This document shows, piece by piece, positions 24,915-36,417 of a DNA stretch of 64,000 bases (positions are counted from its first letter, which is position 1; every line of letters starts with the position of its first letter). Both the position numbers and the translations under genes were made by a program. The stretch spans positions 12,774,001 to 12,838,000 of the forward strand of contig NW_024704743.1 of assembly GCF_018977255.1 (NCBI RefSeq), read 5' to 3'. The notes under the pieces are model-generated. The model saw only the letters and a program-made list of their open reading frames with translations, ran no database searches and was not told the origin of the DNA. The DNA is from Callorhinchus milii. Taxonomy: Eukaryota.

Positions 24915-25655
24915 CCCCCCCCCCCCCACCCGGCACCCCCCCCCGGCACCCCCACCCCCCCCCCCCCCCCCCCGGCATCCACCACCCACTCCGGCACCCC
25001 CCCCCCCACCCGGCACCCCCCCCAGGCACCCCCACCCCGGCACCCCCCCCCCCCGGCACCCGCCCACCCCGGCACCCGCCCACCCCGGCACCCAGCCACC
25101 CTGCCCGGCACCCACCCACCCCGGCACCCCACCCGGCACCCACCCCACGCACCCACCCCCGCACACCACCCGGCACCCACCCACCCCGGCACCCGGCCAC
25201 CTCCGCACCCACCCCCGGCACCCAGCCACCCACCCCGGCATCCCGCCCGGCACCCACCCACCTCGGCACCCACCCACCCCGGCACCCCGCCCGGCACCCA
25301 TCCACCTCGGCACCCACCCCGGCACCCAGCCACCCACCCCGGCACCCCGCCCGGCACCCACCACCCCGGCACCCATCCCAGCACCCCGCCCGGCACCCTC
25401 CCACCCCGGCACCCAGCCACCCACCCCGGCACCCCGCCCGGCACCACCACCCCGGCACCCATCCAGCACCCCGCCCGCACCCTCCCACCCCGGCACCCAG
25501 CCACCCACCCCGTCACCCCGCCCGGCACCCACCCACCCCGGCACCCCGCCCAGCACCCACCCACCCGGCACCTACCCACCCTGGCACCCCACCCGGCACC
25601 CACCCACCCAACTCAGCACCCACCCTGGCACCCACCCAGCCCGGCACCCCGCCCC
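24915..25655. repeat. C-rich CpG-containing minisatellite with core CCCGGCACCC
   Basis: Dozens of ccggcaccc cores separated by acccacc/agccacc/cgcc spacers. Confidence 0.95.
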
Positions 25656-26529
25656 GGGCTCCACTCTCTGCCTGTCTGTCTGACTGACTGACTGAGCCCT
25701 GGACACATGGACTGCAATAAACTCGCAACCGCGTTTCCAGTCGGAGATCGCTTACTTGTTGTAAGCAATAACACACCTGACAATCTGCACTTAACAGTGG
25801 TTACAATTCATGGAAGTCACTTAATTTTGCAATGTTTTGTATCACTTTCTTTCGTTTCGTTTGTATTCCATCCTTTCATAGACAAGGGAACAATATTAAC
25901 TGGAAAGCAAGTTACAGTAAGTTGCGGAATCTAATTCTTTCTCTCAGGTACACTGTTCAAGGGCAATGAACCTGCAAACTTTCAGGGTCACACACGAAAC
26001 AAGTTTGACCTGATATAACTCAATTTATTTATTTGAAAGAATCAAAGCAAACGCTAATGAAGGCAAATGGCTGAATGAATGGAGAAGTTCTTACAATATT
26101 CAATGTTCTGACTCTGGGGGGGAATAAATAATGAAATATAGCTTCACTAAACAGGCTCCTGGGCTCAGGTGCTAAAGCTTGTTTTGCCTATTCACCAAAA
26201 CATATTTTTAAACACATTTTCGATTCGTTTCTAGTTTGTTTTCAAAATACGGTTTTACTGGTGTATGTTTTGGAAGCGTGCTAAGAAATGTTACAAGTAC
26301 AAATAATGATCAAATTCATCTGGTTCGGTTCTCTTGTGCTCCTGGGTCAAAAATATTTAAAAAATTCCGTATCACTTTATAACGAAATAGTGACTTTAAT
26401 CAATATTTTTGTTTGGGCATAGTGTATTTCAAACAAATAATAATGCTGTACTACAACAACAAATTACATTCATATTGCGCTTTTCATGTCGGGAGGATGT
26501 CCCAAAGCATTGTTTCAGTGAATTATGTG

Positions 26530-29230
26530 CTTAATGAAGAGTTTTTGTTTGGTCAGTCAGGTGTCTGACACGTGCGGAAACACATCACCATGCTTAGCAG
26601 TATCCAAACCAAACCGAGAATTCCATGCATCCCACCTACACATGGAAATTCCAGAGATGTTCATAGCAAAAGAATGGGCACTCTCTTTCTGCAGGGATGC
26701 ATCCTGCTTACCTAATTCCGGAAAATATTAGGCATAGGTTGCTCAGAGCCAAGGCCTGAGGTCCCCAGAGTGTGCATTAGGATACTTCTAGAGACTAACC
26801 AGCTAAAATCACATAGCTTGCCATTGAGAGCACTGCCTGACTAACTTTTCTGCTGCTTGTACAGCTAGGGTTTTGACTTGCAAGCTTAACGGGAAAAGTT
26901 CATGTCCCCAGTGACTGGTCTGTCCTTCCAAGTCTTGCCGATGAGCCAAGTTGTCTGTGAACAGGCAGGCATAGGCAAACAGATGTTGTACTCTTATGGA
27001 GTACTGTAGATCAGCCTGCCTCAGGAACTGGACTACCGAGACTGCCCCCACCGCTAGAGGATATTCACTAGTTGGTTATTTGACATCCGCCAAGTGTGGG
27101 TTTGAGCTCTCAATTGGTGAATGGTAGTAACAGGAACTCCCTGCGAGCTTCCTGGTGGGCAACGCACCTCAGCAGTAATGAGATCATTACTGCCATCTTC
27201 CTGTCCACAACTCAGGCACACATCCCTTCCCATTGAGTGATAATCCCACTGGTGGGAGGACTAGAGCTTGAGCTGCTTATCTCTCTGCAAACCTATCCAG
27301 ATGTTGTTGACCTACTTGGACTCCAGATAACGCCTTCCAGCAGGTGTTGCCGCAAGCCTCGGAGTTTCCTCATCAGGTCTCTGGCAGGCATCTGCCTTCA
27401 GTTTGGTGGGAGGACTGTTGCAGGACAGCTTATGACTTGCTTGCCAACTTGATGTTCTCGAGGCCTAGGTTTAATACCTTGTACTAGGCTTAATCAGTAC
27501 TAGCTGCTTAATCCAGTTTCCTCATGTGAATCCCTTGACAAATAGACGTGCCTCATGTGTAGCCTCCTCTTCCTCCAGGGTGCTTAGTGACAGGTCTGCA
27601 TAGGCCAGAGCCCTCCCTCCTTTCAGCCACTTGCTGTGTTTGCCACACATTCAACCCCTGGACTTTTTCAATCCTGGACTTTGCAAACAATCCCTCAATT
27701 GCATCCCAGAAGTTCAAGCCCATAAAGGAGGACTGTTAGCACACAGGTCTTATATACCACAAGCTTGACCTACATTGGGACCTTGTTGTCCTTGCAGAGA
27801 TACGAGTATGACCAGAGTGCCCTTCTCCCCTTCTCTGCATGGTTCTTGCGCTCTGAGACACCGTCCGGCGTGGAGGGCGCTATATAAATCCAAGTTGTTG
27901 TTGTTGTTCTTTAAGACATAGGAACATTGGAATAGGAGTAGGACATTCAGCCCCTTGAGCCTGTTCCGCCATTCTATTAGATATCATGGTGATCTGTACC
28001 TCAACTCCAAATTTGAATCAAATCAAAAAGAATCAACAAATGCAACTGATGCTGCTTATATTTTCCAATCAATATGCTTGATGTCTTCTCTTCAGTCATG
28101 CAGAACCATGATTCTGTATTTCAGGTACCCACCGTATGTCACACCGGATGACTCAGTGTTCAAGATGGCAGGTCCAGCGCTGAAGGTCCCCAGGGAAGTG
28201 TGTCAACAGCACAATATCATCCGCAAAAACAGAAATACCGCAATCCTCAGAGAGGCCTGGAACAAATACATCAAGTACGTCCTCCTCAGTGCCATCGAAC
28301 ATGTCATTGATGAATACATCAAATAGGGTGGATAGCAAAGGGCAGCCTTCTCTTACCCCCCTTTCAAGAGGAGTGGACTCAGTGAGTCCACTGTCAACCC
28401 TTACATAAATCTTGGAGCTGGAATCCACATTCCTGATTAAATGCTAGATTTGGTCATTCCAGCTTCATCACGAGTGCTTCATGAGGCATTAGATCAAAAT
28501 CCTTTCGGAATTTGATGAACACAGCGTAGGTGGGTCTCCCCTTAGCCAAACGACATTCTGCAATCTCATACAAAGCTACAACCTGTCCCCCACATTCTCA
28601 TGAGAATGGAAACCAACCTGCTCCTTCCTGATCAAACTAGAAGCCTCCAATGTGTAGCATATGCGTGCAAAAACTACCCGAAACACCACCATCCGGAAGA
28701 GCCACTAACATCAGAGATCCCTATTTTTCACTAGGGTGACCATTCTTATGGATAGAAACTACAATTGCACTCTGGAATACTGATGGAGTGCATGCCTCAA
28801 AGAGAATCCTGTTGACCAGTTGGAGGTTTCTGGCTTGGATCTGTACAATATCCTCATCATTCTCCAGACCCTACCCCCCACCACAGAGCAGCTTTTAGAA
28901 ACTCAGCATTAATGCCGTCTGCACCTACTGTCTTGGCATTGGCAAGGGGCTACCATGTGGAGTCTACCTTCTCCCAACGGATTGGGTCATTAAGACCATC
29001 AATCTGTTTCACACCTCTCGGCAGCTCTTCCAACCTCCATGCTATGCTATGGCATGTTGTCAGATGGCAAATCTACATAATCCTCCCTCCAGCCGCTCAT
29101 GGCTCTGTTGTAGAACATTGGATTTGTCCAACATTGGCACAAGCCCAGAGTAGCCCATCCAGCCATGACCGATGACAGATTTCAGCCAGCGGAAGAAAGA
29201 TTTGGGATCATTCTTGTGTAGTTGTGCTCC
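26530..29230 (-). mobile_element. Degenerate non-LTR retrotransposon (RT plus 3' region), neither L2 nor CR1
   Basis: Minus-strand motifs GADGINAEFLK, EQVGF..GQVVALYEI, FIKFRKDFD..PHEAL, RGVREGCPLLSTLFDVFIND, VFADDIV. Interrupted by L2 and CR1 stubs at about 27848-28010. Confidence 0.85.
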
Positions 29231-29729
29231 CTTTTCGAGTGGCGCAATCCATTGATCCCACCTTCATTTCTCTAATAACCTTCCTAGCTGTATTTGGTTG
29301 AAAGGATCTAAAGAATATTAGATTCTTGTTTTGGAGTTGCTAATTGACTGTTTGAAATTTGTGATTTAACAAGTTCTTATTCTTAGACCTCTGAACGAAG
29401 ACATCCATTATACACATAGACATCTCCTTGTGGAGTTAGTCAAACATGTTAACATTAATTCTGAAAGGAGGAATATACTTGTCCCTCATCATTTGAGCAA
29501 TTCAGACTAAAACCATGTGAACTGTACACAATTTATGAAACAAAAAAATACTTTTGCCAAATACAGTAAAATGAAAATCAACAATTCTACACAAAGAAAG
29601 ATTTAAAAATTCTAAATTTAATCAGATTTTATTTTAAAAAAATCAAAATGTTACTTGAAGAAATTTCTAATCTCACATTTTCTACTATGTATTCAATAAA
29701 CACTCGAGTTTTGTGAAGACTTGACAAAC

Positions 29730-29980
29730 ATTGGACTCACGAAGAAGCTAGAGATAGCCAGCTTATATTTGAAAAAAGCAAGTCTTGCTCGACAAATTTA
29801 ACAGAACTCTTTGAGAAAATGACAGAGTGTATTGGTATAGAGAATGCAGTGGATGTTGTAATTTTGGATTTTCAAAAAATATTTGATAAGGTTCAGCATA
29901 GGAGGCTAATTGAAAAAAATAAGGTGCCAGGAATTAAAATAGTAACATGGATAGAAAGTTGGACAAAATATATGGAACAG
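29730..29980 (+). mobile_element. CR1 RT fragment
   Basis: KSCSTNL..VDVVILDFQKIFDKVQHRRL..WIESW. Confidence 0.85.
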
Positions 29981-32884
29981 AACTTCTTGCTCCAACTTTC
30001 CTGTATTATCTGCCTTTTAGACATTTTCAAATTTTTCCAGAGGGAACCTCGCTGGGGATAATGCCCATCTTGTGATTCTGCTGATGTTCCTGATGGTTAT
30101 ATCCACAAAAAGCTTGGGTGATTGGTATCCTTTGTGTCAGGGTTCCCCTGAAGGATCTAGCTTGTAGGTTGGTCAGACTGGCAAATTCCCACAGGGCTCG
30201 CCCAATCCTCCAAATGTTTGTTAGTCATCATTGTGTTCCATGATGAGATGGAATTTCCCAGCAGGGCACTCTCTCTGATCTGGGTGTCATTGGCCTGCAT
30301 TTGATGCATTTGATTTCTACCCTGTGGGTAGAAATTGAGAGCAGAGTGGAGTACTATGAGGGCTTCCACTTGGAATTGCTCTTCCTGAGGACCCAGTGAG
30401 CAATTCCCACATTCATCCTCTCTCTGGCATCCCTGAGATAGTCCATGCACAGAATCAGCTCATCCTTGATATCTGCCATCCACACCGCCTGTGGTACCTC
30501 ACATGCCCCAAGCCTCTATGTGAAACTGGCTCCATCTGTGCACTTTCCACGTGGATTAGGCCTATGGCTGGCACAAGCAATTTGTGTTGCCTGGATCCAT
30601 TAATTCACCATCTCAGGTCATACAATATTGTTGTGTCTTTTATGTTCCATGCAAATGTTCAGCTGGGAATCCCTATCCCCCTACCACCCTGATGAGTCAA
30701 GATAGAAATTGCCCAAACTCCAGCTTTAGCTAGGTTGTAATTTAGGGACCTTGGTGTTAATATGGCTCATTTGGTAACACTCTCACCTCTGAATTAAAAG
30801 ATTTTGAGTTCAAGGCCCCATTGGGACTTTGAGCTTACAATCTGCACTGACTCTAGTGCAATGCTGGGAGATTGATGCATTGACAGAGGTACTGTACTTC
30901 AGTTAACCTGAAGTCACATCTATCTTTTTAGGTGGGTGTTAAAGATCTTATAATACTATTCAAAAAGAGAAGGGGAATTTAAGCGCAGTGTCCTCGCCAA
31001 CAATCCCCAAGAGGAATGAAATGGAAAAGTACAAAGTCAAAGTTAAGAAGACAAGGAGATAAAGAATGGGATGAATGGAGACTGAAGTCAAAAGAAAAGA
31101 GAGACAGTGGAAGAGAAGGGAGAATGTGGTAGAAACATGCTATAATTCCGAACCAAGTAAAATTAACAATTGATGGTTAAGTATTGATTTATGTTTCCAA
31201 CGAGTTATGCATGGTGGAGATATATGGAGCTGAGCCTACTGAATGAAACTGAAACATTTTGAAAATAGGTGTGAAAGAATACCAATAAAATCTTGGGTGA
31301 AGGAGTAAGTGGGACTGGATTAGTGCTCATATGTCACATAGAATTCATTTGTCTTCTTACTATTAATTTATTCGACCCTATAGGGGCAAATACAAGAAAC
31401 TGCTACTTCTGAAGATAAATCGTTCAGTGAAATCAGGATCATCAGTACTGGGAAATGGAACATTTTTCCACTTTAAGCACGACATATCAACATCCAGGTC
31501 AGGCATAGCATGGCTAGATGCAGAATAAAGTTTCCTCTATTCTGCTCAAAGATTGCATCTTTGCCTTACATCAGAAAGTTAATGCTTAATGCACCAGTGA
31601 ATTCTTCCATTTCCTGCATCGGCCATCATTATGATCTTACAAAGATAAAGATTAGATTAGATCATTAATGAGCAATTCTATGTTGCACGTGGTTGAGTTT
31701 GTTGAAAGCCATTTTGTGTGGGGCATCTCTGTCTGGCACATTGGAGAGACTTTCAATGCATCTGACTGGGCTGGAGTTGAACCCATTAGTTGAAGACGTA
31801 GATTGAGATGAATACTTCACAGCTTGTTCACTTGATAGAATCGTAGAATCATAGAATGTTACAGTACAGAAGGAGGACAGCCCATCCTGCCTGTGCCAGT
31901 TCTTTGGAAGTGATACCGAATCAGTCCTGCTCTTTTCCCATATCCTTGCAAATTTCTCCTTTTCAAGTACCTGTCTAATTCTCTTATAAAAGCTGTTATT
32001 GAATCTGTTTCCATCAATGTTGTTTCCTTTTTTTTGGTCAGAAAATGTCATGTGAAAATTTACCTAATATGGAAATTCCCATGTTTGGATTGGAATGTGT
32101 ACTCTCTTTTCAGAGGGACGCCCCCTTACTTACATAATTCAGGAGCATGTTAGGCACAGGTTGGCAAGAGCCAAGGTTTGGAAACCTTAGAGTCTGCACT
32201 AAGGTACTGCTGATGTTTAACCAGCTAGATTTGGAAAAGCTTGGGATTGAAAGTAGTGTCTGGAAAGCTTCCCATTGCTTGTTCAGCTAGAACCACCCAG
32301 TTAGGGCTTTGACTTTCAGGGTTAATGGTAGCTGAGTGCAAAAAGTCCCTGAGCCCAGTGACCGGTCTGCCCCTCCACGTTCTGCTGCTGAGTCAAACTG
32401 GCTGAGCTGTCATCAGCAGTGCCCTGGAATACTACAGACCTGCCTGGCTCAAAAACTAGATTACCAAGACTACCACAGGGGATTGACTCCATTCTGATGT
32501 TCTGTTGGCAAGCACGTCACCTTGGAGACAGTTCAGCTACAAGGAGACCCTATTTACCTCTGCCCTAGTCACTAAATAGTCAAATCTTTAAACGCCTATG
32601 CTTCTGATGCAGTGACATATTTCATCATGAAAAGTTTATTACTCATTGGACTAAGCAACAATTCAGCCTCTGTCTTGTATCTCTTCTTCTAAACCTTAGA
32701 AAACATTCTCTTTGTGGTCTGAATTTTTAAATATATGTGTTACATATATAATTTTCTGTCATTGACAGTGTATTAACCTAAACCTTGGGCTTTGTAAAAA
32801 GCCTTGTTAATTCAATGAAATTAATTTTGTAAAACTAAAGAACCACTTGTTCTGTAATATATTCAAGTGCAGCAAGACAATGAT

Positions 32885-33205
32885 ACAACAACAAAAACAA
32901 CAACAAGATTACATTTGTATAGCGCCTTTCATGTCGGGAGGACGTCCCAAGGCTCTGGACATAGTACAGCATTTTAGACCCGAGCTGGGGTTGGGTGGTA
33001 AGGGAGGGGAGGGGAAGCGGGGTGGCCGATGGAATGGTCAAAGAGGAGGGTCTTGAGGCGGGATTTGAAGGAGGCTAAGGAGGGGGCGAGGCGGAGTGAC
33101 TGGGGGATGGAATTCCAGAGATTGGGGGCAGAGTGGCTGAAGGTTCTCCCGCCAATGGTGAGGCAGGTGGTTTGGGGGATGTGGAGCAGGCCAGAGCCGG
33201 GTCGA
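32885..33205 (-). mobile_element. L2 3' fragment
   Basis: Conserved L2 tail and C-terminal coding remnant. Confidence 0.88.
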
Positions 33206-33619
33206 GCCTGGATACAAGATACAAGTCATATGCTGTACTGTATTTCCAATTATAACCCATCCCTGTCCTGCATGTACAGTGTTTTACATTATGATAGTAT
33301 AACCACATTTGACACTCAGTGAATATTTCACTGAAAATGTTGCTTTAAATTAATTTTACAATAAAAAGAATGATAGAAGAAAAATTCTGATGATTTTCCA
33401 GAATTCATTCTTGAATTATTTTATTTTATCTATGTTTAGAAGTAATCCCATGCACACAATGTGCTTCATTTATAACAACAAAACTTGCATTTATATAGCC
33501 CCTCACATAGGGTAGATTCCCAGAAAGTTGTACTGTAACAAATTCACTGCAGATGATTTCAGTACAAAATTCCATACGTTACTGCTGTCAGCATAGACTG
33601 GATTCTTTGTTCACTAAAG

Positions 33620-33990
33620 AAGAGACATTTAAGGGGGGGAAGAAATCTTTAAAATTGTAAAAGGGTGTATAAAGTTGTCATAAAAAGGCTGTTTCTACTG
33701 GTTAGAAGTCCGTTATCCAGGGGACATGAATATAAGATTAGTGACAAGGGGATCTCAAAGACAATTTAGGAGATATTACTTCACTCAGAGATAGTGAGAT
33801 TGTGGAACTCGCTGCCTGAAGCTGTGATTGAATCAGATAATATAGATGCATTTAAGAGGAACCAGATTTTCATATAAGGTAGAGGGGAATAGAAGGATAT
33901 GAGAGGGAATAAGGAATGTGGAGTATAAACACCAGCAAGCGATAGTTGGACCAAGTAGCCTGTTTCTGTGCTGTACATTTTTTGTAAATC
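33620..33990 (+). mobile_element. CR1 3' end
   Basis: RGHEYK..FTQRxVRLWNSLP..AFK and 3'UTR ending cctgtttctgtgctgta. Confidence 0.8.
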
Positions 33991-34799
33991 ATTGGTCTTC
34001 CCTCTGGACTTCCTGTAACCCTACCAACCTGGCCACTTCCGCTGCTCAGCGGGCACCGACCTGCTTTATATCCTCGCCATCCTCGCCCCCACCATTAGCA
34101 GGCAGGCTTTCAGCGAACTCTGCCCCACTTTCTGGAATTCCATCCTGGAGTCCCTTTGACTCACCTCTTTTTTCCCTCTTTCAATGTTTTTTCAATGTTG
34201 AATCCACAACATATTTGTTTTTTTGGGTACCAAAGGGCTGCTAGGTGTTGCTGTACACATTTACTCTATTCACTCCAGTTGCTTCAGAAATAAGAGGCAC
34301 AGTTTGTATGTGGACAAAGCTCACATTTCTGCTCTCTATTTGAAGTCTTACACTGAGGATAAATAGATGTAAGCTAAGTGTCTATTATATTTTATTTAAC
34401 AAGCAAACAAAATCATGGAGGACAAGAATTGATTTTTTATTTGCAGAATAATTCAAGTCTCATACTTACTGCTGGGTAAACAGAGGCATTTGGAGTAAGG
34501 AAACTTGCCCAACGTTTCGCCCTGCCAGGAATCAAACCACATCCTCTCGCTCGTGAGACGAGTGCTCTAACCACTAAGCTCCATGTAAGCGACATACACA
34601 TGCAAATTTCCCTGTGACTGCAATGGAATTAGGTAAGCAGAATGCATCTCACCTTGCACTCTGCTTAACTAAATCCAGAGACTATTAGTTGTAGGTTGGT
34701 GAGTCTCCAGAGTGCCTGCTCAGGTACTGATGGAATCTAACCAGCTAAAAGTGCAAATCTTGTTATTGAGAGCACTATTTGGCAAGCTTCTTTGTACTT

Positions 34800-36138
34800 C
34801 AACTGCACCAAACTTCACACGCCCATCACACCAATTTTCAGTAGGCTCCACTGATTCCCTGACTCTGAACAAGATCGACTTCAAGATCCTCCTCCTCACA
34901 TACAAATCCTTTCATGCCCTAGCACCACCCTAGCTCTCTAATCTATTTGTACCTCACTTTTATGCCCATCTCCTTCACTCAGCTAACACAGACCTGCTGC
35001 ATGTCCCCCAACCCCTCTGCGCCATAATCTGTGGTTGTGCCATTATACCCCTAATTTCTAGAAATCCCTGTCTTAACTCCTTTGCTTCATACCCCTCTTT
35101 ATCAATCTTGAAAAACCTACCTCTTTGACAATGCCTACGGTCATCTCCCCTCTACCATTCTCCTTTCCTTGGCATACAACCTCACAGTGCACCAAGATGT
35201 TATCCTATGTGAAGGGCTTTATATATAAATGTAAGTTCTTATTGTTCCTCCTCCAGCTGTGACTCCAGGTCTGCCGATTTTCTGTCGGCTTGTCTGTCAG
35301 ACATCAGGTCCTGGATGAGCGCAAACTTCCTACAACTAAATGTTGACAAGACAGAAGTCATACTCCTTGGTTTCCGTTATTGTCTTCTGTCCTTCGGCTC
35401 TGACCTCCTCAACCTCCCCGACCTATTGCTCAGACTCACTGAACTAGTGCACAACTTAGGCATTAGGTTTGACCCACAGCTGTCCTTCATTCCCCCGCAT
35501 CCAGTCCCTGACCAGGACCCCTTCGTCCACCTCCGCCACATTGCTCACCTCCAACTATACCTTAACCCAGATGCATCTGAAACATTCGTCCATATGTCCG
35601 TCACTCCTGACTTTTCAAATGCCTCCTTCGCAATTCTCCCCAGCTCCACCATGCACAAGATCCAGCTAATCCAAAACTCCACTGCCCACATACTCACCCA
35701 CACTAAACTCCATACTCCTATCAGACTAGTTGGAGCCAGGCTCCTCTGGCTCTCTATTGCTGAACGGATCAAGTTCAAGATCCTCACTCATTTTCAAATC
35801 CCTTCATGCCCTGGACCTCCCTACCTTTCCAACCTGCTTACCTCCTAACCCACAACCTGTTGCCTCCACTCGACTGGCACCGGGTTCCTATATGACCCTC
35901 GTGCCATCCGCTCCACCATTGGTGGCTGCGCTTTCAGCCACTACGCCCCGAAAGTGTGAAACACTCTAGCTCTATCCCTCTGCCTTACCCCTTCCTTCCC
36001 CATCTTCAGGTCGCGCCTGAAGACCTTACTATTTAACTGTATCTCCCCCCCTCCTCCCGCTCGTCATCGTACTCCGCCACCACCAAGCAATTTGGAGTGC
36101 TACCTGTGGGGCATTATATAAATGCAAGTTGTTGTTGT
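34800..36138 (+). mobile_element. Two tandem L2 3' fragments (34800-35245 and 35247-36138)
   Basis: IDFKILLLTYKS; WMSANFLQLNVDKTE..NLGIRFDPQLSF; two tails. Confidence 0.88.
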
Positions 36139-36341
36139 TAAATTCAGGCAGTCAATAATATAATTGCAAGAATGAAGGGACCTGGTTGAGTACCAGCAGT
36201 ACAATTACTTCTCCTTCTGCCATACAAATTTTGGCTGCTAAGCTCCTTATGAACATGATAGAAAACACACACAGACATGTTGGTAATCATGTGCTTTATA
36301 AGAATGACAATACAGTAAGAGCAGTGATGATATGGGGTTAC

Positions 36342-36417
36342 CTTTTGCTCCTCGGCTGAACAATCTGCGCTCCAAGCATTTTCTGTCCAGTATGTATTCA
36401 GTTATCCACGGATTCAT
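36342..36417 (-). CDS. PHACTR1: PHACTR1 first coding exon of the long isoform (whole exon 36342-36460, 43 nt 5'UTR)
   Basis: Acceptor ttttcccAG at 36461-36462 with ctaat branch-like motif upstream. ATG at 36417 gives MNPWITEYILDRKCLERRLFSRGAK plus 1 nt, then donor AAAG|GTAACC. Aligns to the recalled human N-terminus MDYPKMDYFLDVES..QRFFYSQGAQ (Y-x-LD, R, S-x-GA shared), and its phase-1 end fits the next exon. Confidence 0.8.

Larger units (their letters stand above)
23160..25760. promoter_or_regulatory. CpG island / GC-rich domain around the PHACTR1 exon; possible alternative promoter for an isoform starting at MAASS
   Basis: Sharp rise in GC and CpG density relative to the AT-rich, CpG-poor flanks; GC boxes (GGGCGG) at about 24680-24695 and 24769-24775. 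Confidence 0.65.

Noticed and set aside
23523..25691. Long Pro/His/Gly-rich ORFs (240-376 aa)
   Set aside because: By-products of stop-free C-rich minisatellites, open in several frames on both strands.
30150..30700. Overlapping ~97-aa ORFs in non-obvious sequence
   Set aside because: No recognisable domain or splice structure; probably an old repeat remnant.
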